64,000 nucleotides of DNA, taken from Octopus vulgaris (taxonomy: Eukaryota). The position numbers and the translations under genes are program-made. Positions 53,062-64,000 of the stretch are shown here, one piece after another. The stretch is taken from assembly GCA_951406725.2 (NCBI GenBank), contig OX597820.1:95790001-95854000 (forward strand), given 5' to 3'. The first letter of the stretch is position 1; the number at the start of each line of letters is the position of its first letter. The notes under the pieces are model-generated. The model was not told the DNA's origin and did not search any database. It saw nothing but the letters and a program-made list of their open reading frames with translations.

Positions 53062-53806
53062 GAGTTGGTTATGTTAAGTTAGGCCATGTAGGGGGACATG
53101 GAGTTATGTACAGGGGTGTTCATGCAAAGAGTTCAGGCCATTTCTGGTCAAGAGAGACTTTTAACCGAGCGTTCGTCGGCATCTTCACTATCTCGTCCGG
53201 CAGCTTATTCCACGGATCCGCAACCCGGACAGAGAAAGCCCCTCTCCTTCGATTGAGATGAAATCGTCGCAGATAGAGCTTTTCGGAGTGACCCTGCAGC
53301 CTACGCTCTGGAGCAGGAGTGAAGAACAGCTCTTTCGAGAGGTTACACTTTCCGCTTATGATGTTGTGAGCAAGAATGAGATCACCACGGCGTCGTCGTT
53401 TTTCTAGAGAATAAAGGTCGAGCATCTTCAGCCTTTCTTCATAATGCTTGAGACCAAGAACCATGCGGGTAGCTAGCTTCTGGACTCTTTCGAGATGATT
53501 TATATCTTTGAGGAGATAAGGAGAAGAGCCTTGAATCCCGTACTCCAATATGGGTCTCACCAGCGTGACATAGAGCGGTAGGAATATGGCTGCTGTGAGC
53601 ATTCCGAATGATCGTCGAATCAAAAACAGAACTCCGCGTGCTTTGTTGGCAGCATGGACGCACTGGGCCGAAGGCGAAAAGGAAGAATCCACCAAGATAC
53701 CCAGGTCCTTTACCTGGTTGGTCCTCTCCAGCAGCAGATGACCCGGCTCGAAATAAAGTTGAGTTGCAGGAGAAGAGCCAACAGGCAGATGACAGCACTT
53801 TGACAC
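53062..53806 (-). mobile_element. 5'-truncated CR1/L2-group LINE (RT C-terminus)
   Basis: KDLGILVDS..LYVTLVRPILEYG..SPY..LERVQKLATR..LEKRRRRGDLI..FSVRVADPWNKLP; TAAC-like tail. Confidence 0.88.
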
Positions 53807-56800
53807 TTTCAGACACAGTATCTATTTCCAGTGTATATTGTATTAAGTGGATGGCAGAGAAATATTCTATCGATACGTGTTGGTTCATCTCACTGGAGGT
53901 GTTGAACTGGGTATTGCACACGTAAAATTCCACTGCTTAGGACTGAGCTCAAAAAAGGTTTCAACAGGTATGAGAACTTAATTTTACGTCTGCTAATTCT
54001 GGGACAACGTTAAAGTTCAGATGCCTAGGGTATGCACAAAGCAAGCTATATGCAGATGGTGATACTTTTTTTTAGAATCAGCGACATGAAAGAAACTAGA
54101 TAAATCCAGTATGCAATGCACTTCAGTCTTTGACGAATAAACATACTGACAAAAAAGAAATTTTGTAGTAGGTGACTCGAATGTAAGTTAGACGTACAGA
54201 ATGTACTATTGTTCAAAGCACAGTGAGACAATCGCTTAGTATATAATCGTGAACTACTGTTTAATTATTCCAAATTCTTAAAACACTTTATACTTCAAAT
54301 AATTATTGGAAATACAGCTTCGTTTTGTCGATTGTGACATAAAAGATCGTAATGGTAGGCAACCTTTCATGGAGGAAATCTACGCCATAAATCATTGTAA
54401 AACCAATAACTTCGAATCAAAGGCACAGAAAACGTATTAGACAATGATAACATCATAATTCTGGAAAACAATTTTTTCTGCAGATATGGTTGTAACTTAA
54501 TCTAATCCAAAGATCTTTAGAGAAGTTTGTGTATTTTCACAATCTAATTGCAGTCGAAAATATTTCAAAAATTACATAAACTTTTATTTTTTGATCTTAC
54601 AGGGAAGCCTTACTGACTGAGTACTATTCTTGAGAAAATTAGCTTTTCAAACTACTAATACGAATCTATCTCAGTTAATTTGGAGTTAACGTGATTGCAT
54701 ACTACTGTAGAAATATTTTGAATGGAAAAGATCAATGTAGATGCTGTTTAGAACAATTCACATAGAACTATGATAAGTGTGTACACGCTCTACATATCTT
54801 TCGAAACTGAATAACCGTGTAAGCCATTGTGATGTATCGCAGGAATGGAATATGTCACTCATTTATAACTTGAGGATGTACATACGAATGCTAATGTGTG
54901 CCAACATGCACATACCCTTCACTCTCTCATACTCACATGCACATACATATAGCTAACTATCGTCAATGTGTATGGATCTTTGCACTCTAATAGTGAATGA
55001 TCGTATGTGCATGATTGTGTACATATTTACGTGCTAGTAGTGTTCGTTTGAGTATCTCTCTTTCTCTCTCACTCTCTTGCAGACTCACACTTTTACATCG
55101 TGACAAATGATTTCTGCGACAGGAAGTTACCGTTAGCACTTTAATATCAGAGATTGTTTTGTGCTGATTCTCTTTTAAACTTGTTTTTTTTTCTCCAGAT
55201 TTATAGCATTGAAAATTTTGAACAAAAACGATGGGATTTGGACACAAAGCTTCTATCTCCGTGCAATGAAAGCTGATATTAAAACGGTTTTATTTTAATT
55301 ACAAAAACTTGCTTTGTAGCATAGGAATACGACCACCAATTCTAGGAGACGAAGCACTTCATTTTAATCAACTAGTTCTTGTTGCGTTGACTCAGTAAAT
55401 TTGAAAGGCAAAATTAGTTTCAACTTAATCTGAATTCAGAATATAAACACACATTCGTCGATGACAGGTCGTTACGTTTTCCATTACGGGAAAATAATTG
55501 ACAAAGTATGTTATGTAGAACCACTCATTGTGACCCAAAGAACATAGAATTATATAACACACTAAAGGAAAAAGAAAGGTAATATAAATATCACCAACAG
55601 AGGAGAAAAGGACGCGAGAATAATCCGCCTGATGGCAAACGATTTAAGGTTTAATAAGTGTATGGGATTACAGGCATTGAATAGAAAGTTAAAAATAGAC
55701 TCTCCAAGCTGATAAAAGCAGAGCAGGATTATTAATTTCAAATCTGACATTACGAAAATCTCTCCTGAAAGTGAAATACAAATGTGTATCTCAAGAATGT
55801 GAAGTAGTTGATGTACAGTTGAGCACGTAGTCTCATGGAGCCCAATAGTAGCAAAAATAATACTTCCTACTGAGGACACAAATTTTTAGAAGAGGTATAT
55901 AGTCGATTAATACTTATTCTATCGATCCCAAAATGACAAAGTTGGCCTCAGCGAAATTTGAACTCAAAACGAAAAGCCGGAAGAAATGCCGCCAAACTTT
56001 GTGTGGCGTGCTAATGATTGCGTCAACTCATTCACAGTCTTACAATAGTTGTAAAAATAATGCAAACCATGTACTCTCGAAGGCAAATATGTTGAAGTGG
56101 GATAATGAAATTTGGACTATATATACAAATAATATCACGGAGATGAAAGGAATTGAAAAGTTAGGATAGAAACTACAAACCATATTGAAATATCCTCGGG
56201 CAATAATTCTGTCCAAGATATCAAAAACTAAGGCACCAAAGTAGCGCAGAAATTCTTTGAAAAGTACTGTTATATCCAGAAACCTACCCGACTTTATGGT
56301 TGCAGAATTACCTAGGTATAAGAATCTACACTCGGGAGAGTATACAAATGCTACTTTTTCTGTAACGAAGACTCAAGACTCAACTTTTTTTCAGGACTTG
56401 AAAAACAAAGTGGTCACTCAATTAAATGATACAAGGCACACTGTGAAATAGATCGATCCCATAAAGAGAAAAGCAAAGTCGATATCAAATGGATTGATTT
56501 TAGAATGTAAACAAACGTAATTTAAGATTGCGATTAAATGATGAGGAATTTCAACAATGGAAATAATGAAAATCATACAAATTGTTGAGATGCAATCACT
56601 ATATTTGAAAATGATAATAGAGGTAGCTACGGAAAAAGAAGATCATCGATTCCATTTTTGGAGAGTAAAAGAGACGTATATGTAAGTGTAAAAGAATAAA
56701 TGTTACTAGTTAACGAGATCGCATCAGATTTAGTAAAGAACCTGCTATATGGTCGGATTAGTTATAAGGAGCAATTGAATAAATTCTGTATGGCTGGATT

Positions 56801-56994
56801 CTCTGTATTTTGTGCACAAATTGTATGGTATCATCGTCAATTCCTTTAAAACAATAAAAACCGATAATTATTTCTTACTGTAAAAAAAAACAACAACACC
56901 AGACCTACGCCACGTGGTAACTCAGTGATTCAGAGTATTTGGTTTTAGTATTTGCCTGATAGTTAAAAGCGTATTGCCTACTACCTACCACCTT

Positions 56995-57410
56995 GGGTAG
57001 GTGCATGTCGGGCAAAATGCTTAGCGGCCATTTCGACCGCCTTTACGTTGAGTTCAAATCCCCGCAAAGTCGAGTTTGTCTTTCATCTTTACCGGCTCGA
57101 TAAAATAAGTAGCAGCCAAGTACTGGGGTTGATGTAATCGACTTCCCCTTGCTCTAAAAGACTGATGCCCGGTACCAAAATTTGAAACCTTTATTATTAT
57201 TAATGCAACAAATTAATAGAAACTTTAGCTCGTAGGGGAAATGGTTAGCAACACTATTTCGGCTCGTTAGCGTTCAACTCGTGCCGAGGACAATTTTGTT
57301 TTCCATCGTTTCAGAATCGATAAAATAAAGTACCAGTCAAATACCAGGGTCGATGTAATCGACTAACTTGCTCCCCCTAAATTTGCAGGCTTTGTAAGAA
57401 ATTGGAAATA
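56995..57410 (+). mobile_element. Two tandem copies of an abundant SINE-like family
   Basis: TTCATC..TCGATAAAATAAGTA..TACTGGGGTxGATGTAATCGACT motif; related fragments at ~1570-1670, 28630-28745, 33390-33520(-), 38280-38460(-), 55900-56030(-) and 63765-63960. Confidence 0.65.
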
Positions 57411-58439
57411 TTATAATTCTTCACTCTGGACGCTGAATATGTTGCATATGACACATTCCTGAAGAAAACCGACGTTGCTGAATGGAACAATTTTTTTCAA
57501 CAGAAGCACTCGCTTACTGGTAACATAAAACTATTTGAAATTTCTCCCTAGAAAAGTTGTCAAATGAAATCAATAGTGCTTATGTTTTATCATATATATC
57601 AGCGATATAAAAAGGCAATGGATATCTCTAGCTACGTCTATAAAATGTTCCAAACAGAAAACAAATAAAAAGTAGAAAACTACTTTAATTGCAACACAAT
57701 ATATTTATAGCAACCACGAATTGAAAGAAGACACACATATTCTAACACCGGGCTTAAGTATATTAAAGTAAGAATATTGTGAACAACAACGAGAGCAACA
57801 TCAGGAACGGTATGCATGCATTCAATACTGTAATTGTAACTACGAAGAATTGAAAAGTATATTTCACAAACGTTCTTTCGAGCGTTAAAAATATCTCGAT
57901 GTAGAACTTCGCTTGGCTGATTTTTGTACATATTACAGGCACCATAGAAATTCGAGAGAAGAGGAAAGTAACCTTATAGCATCTTACAAAAAGCCAAAGC
58001 AGATATTTTCCTATTATATATATATAGGTAAGAAATGAAGTCATATCTGGCAGATATTTTAAATGATTTTTTTTTTTTTGAAAGAGAGGAAATATGCCAC
58101 CTGTAGTATCATACGTGTTATTTTTAGATAGAGAGCAGAATGAAAGCGCAATTCGAAATGGTACGCGACTCATAAGAGGGAATCGTAGTATATGGGAGGG
58201 AGAAACACAGTAGTTACCATCAGCGATATCTGTTACGATGTTCACCTCTAGGTAATAGTTCGTGCCACAATACATTCGTGTGGTCACGAACATTTAATGA
58301 TATGTGGTTATGACATAACATTTAATGATATGTAGTTAGTGGTTAGGTTGGGTCACCAGGGATATACAGTCATGATCACCCCATAGGACCACAAAACAAT
58401 ACTAGATCTGTCGAAGATGTTGAGAAGACCTTAAAACTC

Positions 58440-59700
58440 ACTTGGTACTAAATGACCAGGAACTACTACATAGTAAATACATCATCAAATTCACTTGTGA
58501 AGAGGGTCCTAAAAGGAGTCCGGGGTGGGGGTGAGTAGACATATTCAAAAGAACAAAAAACACACAACAGAAAAACCAAAGAAGGCAATCAAAATACAAG
58601 GTGAGAATTGCAAAATCTGATCTTACATTGTTTATTTTGTCCTCTATAATCATTATCTGGTCTTCTTGCTTCAGTAGTGTGGTCAGTCATTATGGGGAAG
58701 TCCCATAAGTACCTGTAATACTCATTCACTGTCACAGCTTGTGCTTTGTATTCATACGTCTTTCCTGTAATTTCAATGCCCTACACTCGGCTAACATTCC
58801 AATGAACTCTTTTTCTTACGCCATCATGTCTACCTTTAAACTGTTTTCCTGTTAGCTTACTGCACTCATCAAGAAATGATTGATACTTTCGTCTCCTTTT
58901 CTGCATATTATACAATTTTTTGTCAACCTTTTATCAGATTCGTCTTTATAGTTTGTCACTGAGCGGCTATATTTAGCGCTTCGGTCTCTCGTTTCAGGTT
59001 TCTCTCTGAAAGCCATAGCCAGCGTTTTTCTATTTTTTTAATTTAAGCATTCCCGGCTTATTTGGAGCATGCCTTTCATCACTTTGCTCTGTTGTTCATT
59101 CTTCTGTTCTTCAATCCTCCCACGATCCAGTAAATTTTGAGGCATCTCTTTCTGCCAATATTATACTTTCTTCCCTATGTGCCATATAATTTTTCAAATT
59201 CATTATCACAGTACTAACGCGTTTAATAATCTCTGCCCCATTCCTTTTTTGGTAAGTACAGTCTGACGGTATTACTTTTAGGGTACGTGTTGTATTATGC
59301 GCAGCGTTTAGTTCTGTAGCTCGACCTTTGTCCATTTCAGAAAGGGAGAAGATTATCTTAATACTAGTACAGCTCATGTATTTATTGCTTTAATAATATT
59401 CCCCCCACTTAATTTTGTTTTGAGTACCATCTTAATTCTTCCCTTGAACTTTTTCATTTCTTGTATTTTCCTATCATCTTTGAACACCTCTATGTATTTC
59501 TATCCCCCATTAATCCACTGCGATGTTGTGATAATTTTATGCCATGAGAGTTTATCTTGTGGCCTCACTTCATAATTAGAACTGCACACTTATTTACTCT
59601 AAACTGCATTCTAATTTCCTTGCTGAATTTTCTTGCTGTTTGGATTAGAGAATCCAGGTCTTTCTTATACTTTTGTATATAGTCTGAAAGCCTAAAGGGA
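58440..59700 (-). mobile_element. Old Dong/R4 LINE remnant
   Basis: The minus strand near 59560-59680 reads DLDSLIQTARKFSKEIRMQFRVNKCAVLIMK, the post-RT thumb motif FSxDIxMxFGxxKCA. Confidence 0.55.
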
Positions 59701-61607
59701 AGTCACACCGTTTTCCCAGATTCAACATGAACAGCAACAAAAATCGCCAAATCACCAACAAGGCCAACTACAACAACAAAACGAGCAAAACTAACGTGGT
59801 CGCCAACAACAACAACAACAACAACAAAAACAAACAGTAACTAACAGAAAAGCAAGATCGACAATAAGAACGATAACAGTAGCAACAGCAACAATAGTTG
59901 CCAGAACAGCAACACCATCAGGTCATTTACACGAAATCAGACTCATCGTTTGCTAACCGAACGCAAGACCGGATTGATTTAATAATAGAAGACAACACAG
60001 AGTTCAACCGAAAAGTCTGGCAATGATTAGCTAGGCTAGACCTATTCGTGCTTCTCCAGAAAGAGGAATGTAACATTAGAAAAACTACCACTTATAAATG
60101 AATAAAGAAAACAATTTAGAATTGATAACCTAACACCAGCAGAAGCAGAGATGTAATAAAGGACGTACAGGAATCAATAATACATGTGAAAAAAAGAAAG
60201 CATTAAGGAGTGAACAAAAGATGAGCAGCAATAGAGGAAGGTTAAAGAGATTAGCAGCAGAAAAACACGCCTTACAAACGGAGACCACACCTGCTCGCCG
60301 ACCTACACTGTGAATCGATTATCATTGCTAACATGTTTAGTAATATCGGAGTTATTGCTTCTTTTCCATTTCGAGGTGTATGCACACTGAGATATTTTTG
60401 AATTCTATACATGGAATATTTCGGTAACAAGGATAGGATCGGCAAACAGAATACATATATTTTCATTGGCCGATCTGCTTCCCCGTTAATCTTTTTAGGC
60501 GTGTCTACGATAATATTGCACACCAGGTCTGATGCTTACTTATATATACTTATTTTCAATTTTCATGTGAAAATGTCAGCGCAGTGTCCAATATAAATAC
60601 ATTTAACAACTATGGCAAACATGTGAATATCTTACTGTTAAAAGGACTGTGCATCCCGAATTAAAGTGACCTATTGTTTCTTTTTGTGCTGATAGTACAG
60701 GGTACGGCTGATAATGACCACTTATTTTATAATTTAATACGTGTTTGGTGAGGCAAGGCATTAATCTTGTGTCTCTGAGAAAGCAAATCATCGGTCTCCG
60801 ACTTATAAGGTTTTCAAGTAGTATTGGCTCTCATATTTCTTGATTTCTTTTTGCAGGGCGTTGTAAATATCGGCCTTCGAGAGTTAAATTTTTAACATGT
60901 TGATGCAATCCTTTCTATTTTCATTAAAGTACCAGTTAAGTGCAGAAGTCGAGGCTTTCAGCTAACCCACTTTCCTCAGAACTGCTGACCTTATATAAAA
61001 CCATTATCATTTCTATTGTGTTATCAATATTTAAATACATTTAAGTTTCGGAGTAATTCATTTCTAGTTAATACTTAATTGCCTCCTCAAATATAACCCA
61101 GGTGCTATTTCAACCTTTATTATTCCCTTTTAAAACAAATTAATCTTTCTTTACTAACCACAAAGAATTTTTATTTAAACAGTGTTGTTACTTTGCAATA
61201 TCTCTCTATTCATGAGAAAACTATTTCTTCTTCGTATACAGGTTAAATATTACATCTAGTTTTTTATCGGTTTTAGTGCAGTGCTTTAGCATTGCAGTGG
61301 ATATATTTCTAGTTCTCTTTTCTAGCTACTTCAGATCACTTAATGTCCGGACCGGTTTATTTAACATGTAGTTTAGGACTAATATGCCTAATATATTTAT
61401 CAATCGGTCTCTTATTGTTGATATTGAGTTCGGTTTTTAATATTATTTCTGATTATTTGGTAGTAGTCTTATGTATATTTTCTCCTTCACATTTGAATGT
61501 TATAGCTAGCAGATGCATTAGATTCTAAGTAATTGCCGAGGTAATTCTATTTTCATTTAGGTTTCCGAACATATAGTGATTTTAGCTCTTGTCCTTGGTA
61601 TAATTAA

Positions 61608-61629
61608 GAGTAATAATAATAACAATAAC

Positions 61630-61662
<33 letters not shown>

Positions 61663-61705
61663 TAATAATGAAGAAGAAGAAGCAAACGAAGAAGAAAAGG
61701 AGAGG

Positions 61706-61738
<33 letters not shown>

Positions 61739-61907
61739 AGAAGAAGAAGAAGAAAGAAGAAGAAGCAAAAGACGGAGCAAAAGAAGGAGAAAAGGAGAGG
61801 AGAAGAAGAAGTGGAAGAAGAAGAAAAAGAAGAAGACGAAGAAGAAGAAGAAGAAGAAGCAAAAGACGGAGCAAAAGAAGGAGCAAAAGAAGGAGAAAAG
61901 GAGAGGA

Positions 61908-61942
<35 letters not shown>

Positions 61943-62133
61943 AGAAGAAGACGAAGAAGAGAAGAAGAAGAAGAAGAAGAAGAAGACGAAGAAGACGAAG
62001 AAGAAGAAGAAGAAGAAGAAGAAGAAGAAGAAGCAAAAGAAGAAGAAGAAGAAGACGAAGAAGAAGACGAAGAAGACGAAGAAGAAGACGAAGAAGAAGA
62101 AGAAGCAAAAGAAGAAGAAGAAGAAGAAGAAGA
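61608..62133. repeat. (AAT)n followed by a long compound (GAA)n purine tract
   Basis: Seen directly; explains the poly-E/K/R/S ORFs. Confidence 0.95.
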
Positions 62134-62758
62134 ATGTGTGGGAAGAGGGTCGAAAGTGTGACTCACACTGTTAGTGGTTGTGAAAGACTTGCGCAGAATG
62201 AGTTCAAGCGTAGGAAACGACAAAACAGCCCGAAACCTTTCACTAGCTACTATACCGTAAGTGTGGATATGAGGTTACGGGTGCTTGGTACCAACATACA
62301 AGATAATGGACTGAAAGGGAAGGCAAAAATCCTCTTGGACTTTGATTTCCAGACAGACAAAGTTTTAGAGCACCGAAGGCTGGATATAGTAACCTTTCAG
62401 AGGGACAAACAAGCAGTGCCAGGCGATCAACATGTCATCATGAAAGAAAGAGAAAAATTGATAAATATGGAAACCTGAAAATTGAGATCGCTAAAATGTG
62501 GCAGCTACAAGAGTCGCACATACATGTTATCTATTCCTGTTGTCATCGGAGTATTGGGTTCAATACCACCCAATCTGAAAAATAAACATCTGAAAACTTC
62601 AGAGATGCCCTACAATCTGGATGTATTGTAAAAGTCGGCATTACTTGGAACTGCACGTCTATCTGAGGTCATTGTTGTGACTTGACAAACAGTCAAACCT
62701 CCGCTAGATACCATATCTTCAATGAACAACTTCACAATATTGTATACTGTGCGACATC

Positions 62759-62760
<2 letters not shown>
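62134..62760 (+). mobile_element. 5'-truncated Dong/R4 LINE (CCHC knuckle plus restriction-like endonuclease)
   Basis: CGKRVESVTHTVSGCERLAQ..DFDFQTDKVLEHRRLDIV..VPGD..KEREK; ends in (TAA)n at 62761. Confidence 0.8.
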
Positions 62761-62811
<51 letters not shown>

Positions 62812-63014
62812 GCAAAATACTCTCTATGTAATCCCAAGGTTTAAAAGAAACCTTTTTTTTAATGTATTAGACATTCACTAGTACAACACCAAAAAAACCC
62901 AAATACATGGCACACTAGGCATAACAACAACGTGAACTTCCAACCTGTTGTCTCTTGAGGTCTCTGGGTGAGACTTGGAGCCAACTTGTACAGACACAAA
63001 GCAAAAGTCAAACA

Positions 63015-63077
<63 letters not shown>

Positions 63078-63632
63078 GAATGCCCTGATGCAGTACCAGA
63101 CAGTGGCTCTCATGGCTTCTGATCTTAACTGATTGGGGGTGTTATCATGTACATTATTTTGTCTTGGTATAAAAGATGGGCTACAGTGAATATTCCGCTT
63201 AATACCACATATTTCTTTGTCAGTTGTTTGACCATAACCAGTTGAGCATGTCCCTTGGTGGCTGACGATATGTGCATCTTTGATCATGAGCAGAAGTAGT
63301 GGGGGAATATCATAGCCATATGTTGAGAGGGATCCTTTGGGGATGGGATAATTCACGTCTGGAAACATAGGTAATTTCGTTCAACAACCTTAAAAACCCT
63401 TATTCAATAACCTTTTGAGCGGGGTGGGCTACTTAACCTCAAGAAAATCCTGACCTCCTGCAAGGCCACGCGCTGTATATCTTGATATGCGATCACCATA
63501 TCGCGCACATATGGTTGTGATGGATGTGCCTAGTGTACTCTTATCAGTCGGGTAGTCACGATGGCTATACTGGGCTTCGTATATTTTATCCCAGTGTCAC
63601 TTTGACGACATGCACTGTTCTCTCACTCAATG
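63078..63632. mobile_element. Unclassified interspersed repeat abutting (TAA)n
   Basis: Sharp compositional block starting AATGCCCTGATGCAGTACC right after a TAA array; no coding motif recognised. Confidence 0.35.
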
Positions 63633-64000
63633 ATAACTGCCTCCCTCCACTCTTTCTCTTTCCCCTCCTCTTCCAATGGGTTCTCAGTACTACTGTAATC
63701 ATTCACTCGAGAGGATAGCCATTTAACAGCTCTCTCCCAGTATCTTCTTCTTATTATTATTATTAAGGCAGTTAGGTGGCACAATCGGTAGCAAGCCGAC
63801 GAAATGCTTAGCAGAATTTCGTCCGTCTTTACGTTCTGAGTCCAAATTCCGCCGAGATCAACTTTTGGGGTCGATTAAATAAGTACCAGTTACGCACTGG
63901 GATCGATGTAATCCACCTAATCACTTCCCCCAAATTTGAGGCCTTGTGTTTCCAACAGAAAGGATTATTAAGGTGGTGAGCTGGAAGAACCGTTAGCATA

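Noticed and set aside
55562-55879. ORF with an LRR-like stretch NPIHLLNLKSF
   Set aside because: No 72n phase-2 splice boundaries found; compatible with chance.
60636-60774. AG...GT-bounded open segment, with HKINALPHQT in another frame
   Set aside because: 139 bp, phase-incompatible with the LRR exons and no clear motif.
61582-62223. Poly-E/K/S ORFs
   Set aside because: Artefacts of the (GAA)n tract.

Overview
AT-rich, microsatellite-dense eukaryotic (animal) DNA, almost all intronic or repetitive. The repeat landscape (tRNA-SINEs, Dong/R4, Tx1, CR1, Penelope-type motifs) looks cephalopod/octopus-like, which is an inference. Nearly all ORFs in the track are microsatellite artefacts or transposon debris. 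The only host coding sequence I can support is a minus-strand leucine-rich-repeat gene: three phase-2 exons (72, 144 and 144 bp), two of them from a local tandem duplication, plus probable decayed LRR pseudo-exons. The most striking signal is a set of foldback (inverted-repeat) elements inside (TA)n/(CA)n tracts that carry minimal type-I hammerhead ribozyme motifs, in two cases on both strands (43362-43707, 31433-31636), with further decayed hammerheads across the window. These resemble Penelope pLTR/retrozyme derivatives. Also notable: a 9-bp-TSD MITE carrying (TTAGGG)n, microsatellite-targeting LINEs, nested Helitron/Tc1/Tx1 insertions, and two duplications that preserve empty insertion sites. 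All alignments and folds were done by eye.
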